From Paraspadella gotoi (Eukaryota > Animalia > Chaetognatha), in the NCBI GenBank assembly GCA_051294375.1, contig CM119268.1:4010666-4019312 (forward strand): a stretch of DNA of 8,647 bases, given 5' to 3'. The notes under the pieces were generated by a model that did no database searches, was not told the origin of the DNA, and saw nothing but the letters and a program-made list of their open reading frames with translations. Positions 8,150 to 8,647 of the stretch are shown here, one piece after another. Position 1 is the stretch's first letter, and every line of letters starts with the position of its first letter. The translations under genes were made by a program, and so were the position numbers.

Positions 8150-8424
8150 TTTAACGTAATGCGAGAGAGAGATTAAAAAGCCCCGGGGCCTAAACGGATT
8201 TTTTCGGTTTTCCTCTTTTTTCCCATCTGCTTTTTTTTTATTTCGTTTCCTTCCAATTCTTTTTAATACCTTTTCGCAATTCGGGAGTTTTTCTCCCGCA
8301 GCCATTGTTCTTTTTTTCCCTTCCTCTTTCCCCTATTTTCAAAGAGCCTCAATTCGGCCTAAATTTCCCAGAACGCCCCATTTCATCTTAAATTTAGAAT
8401 TGAGTTAATTTTCAAGTTTAAAGA

Positions 8425-8518
8425 TTAAGGTAGAAGGTACGGTTAGGGATAAGGTCAGGGATTATGTTAAGTATTAGGATTAAGGTTGAAAATTTGAAAA
8501 TAAGGTTTAGGAATTAGG
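8425..8518 (+). repeat. Degenerate TTAGG/TTAAGG (telomere-motif-like) tract
   Basis: TTAGG at 8443, 8474, 8507 and 8514; TTAAGG at 8425 and 8480; TAAGG at 8450 and 8501; TCAGGG at 8455; roughly 5-7 bp periodicity. Confidence 0.55.
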
Positions 8519-8647
8519 AATAAAAACGCAACTGGTTTTGACTGGCGAACTTGTTGAATTTTGAGAGAACTAATTATAGGTAACTCTGTTGTTTTTAAAT
8601 GAGATTGTTATTTCCTTGTGAGTTTGTTTGTTTATGGTCTTATCATT

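Noticed and set aside
8180-8298. Small palindromes GCCCCGGGGC (8180-8189) and CGGGAG-TTTTT-CTCCCG (8282-8298) as terminator or element ends
   Set aside because: Stems of 5-6 bp are expected by chance, and there is no upstream gene or other element hallmark.
56-8305. All ORFs in the supplied track as protein-coding genes
   Set aside because: Most are S/L/F-rich or E/R-rich translations of CT/AG repeats or span N runs; the remainder (834..1025, 1302..1517, 2084..2308, 2413..2706, 7676..8002) are short and show no recognisable domain or motif.

Overview
This looks like non-coding, microsatellite-saturated eukaryotic draft-assembly sequence. About 10% of it is N (five gaps, three of exactly 25 N). 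I find no supportable protein-coding gene, RNA gene, CRISPR array or recognisable transposon, and the listed ORFs are low-complexity read-throughs of (AG)n/(CT)n tracts, gap-spanning frames or short frames without motifs. The structure I can support is: many degenerate (AG)n/(CT)n tracts of alternating polarity; a six-copy 39-bp minisatellite (5584-5811); an indel-riddled direct duplication (1-144 vs 852-1050); a ~200-bp inverted duplication (4569-4776 vs 5094-5273); a CpG-dense patch with a YY1-like motif; and a degenerate TTAGG/TTAAGG tract near the 3' end. Both duplications sit beside 25-N gaps and differ almost only by indels, which points to unpolished long-read gap filling rather than biology. 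The repeat profile resembles microsatellite-rich invertebrate genomes such as decapod crustaceans, but that is inference only. I see no credible evidence of a novel biological system here.
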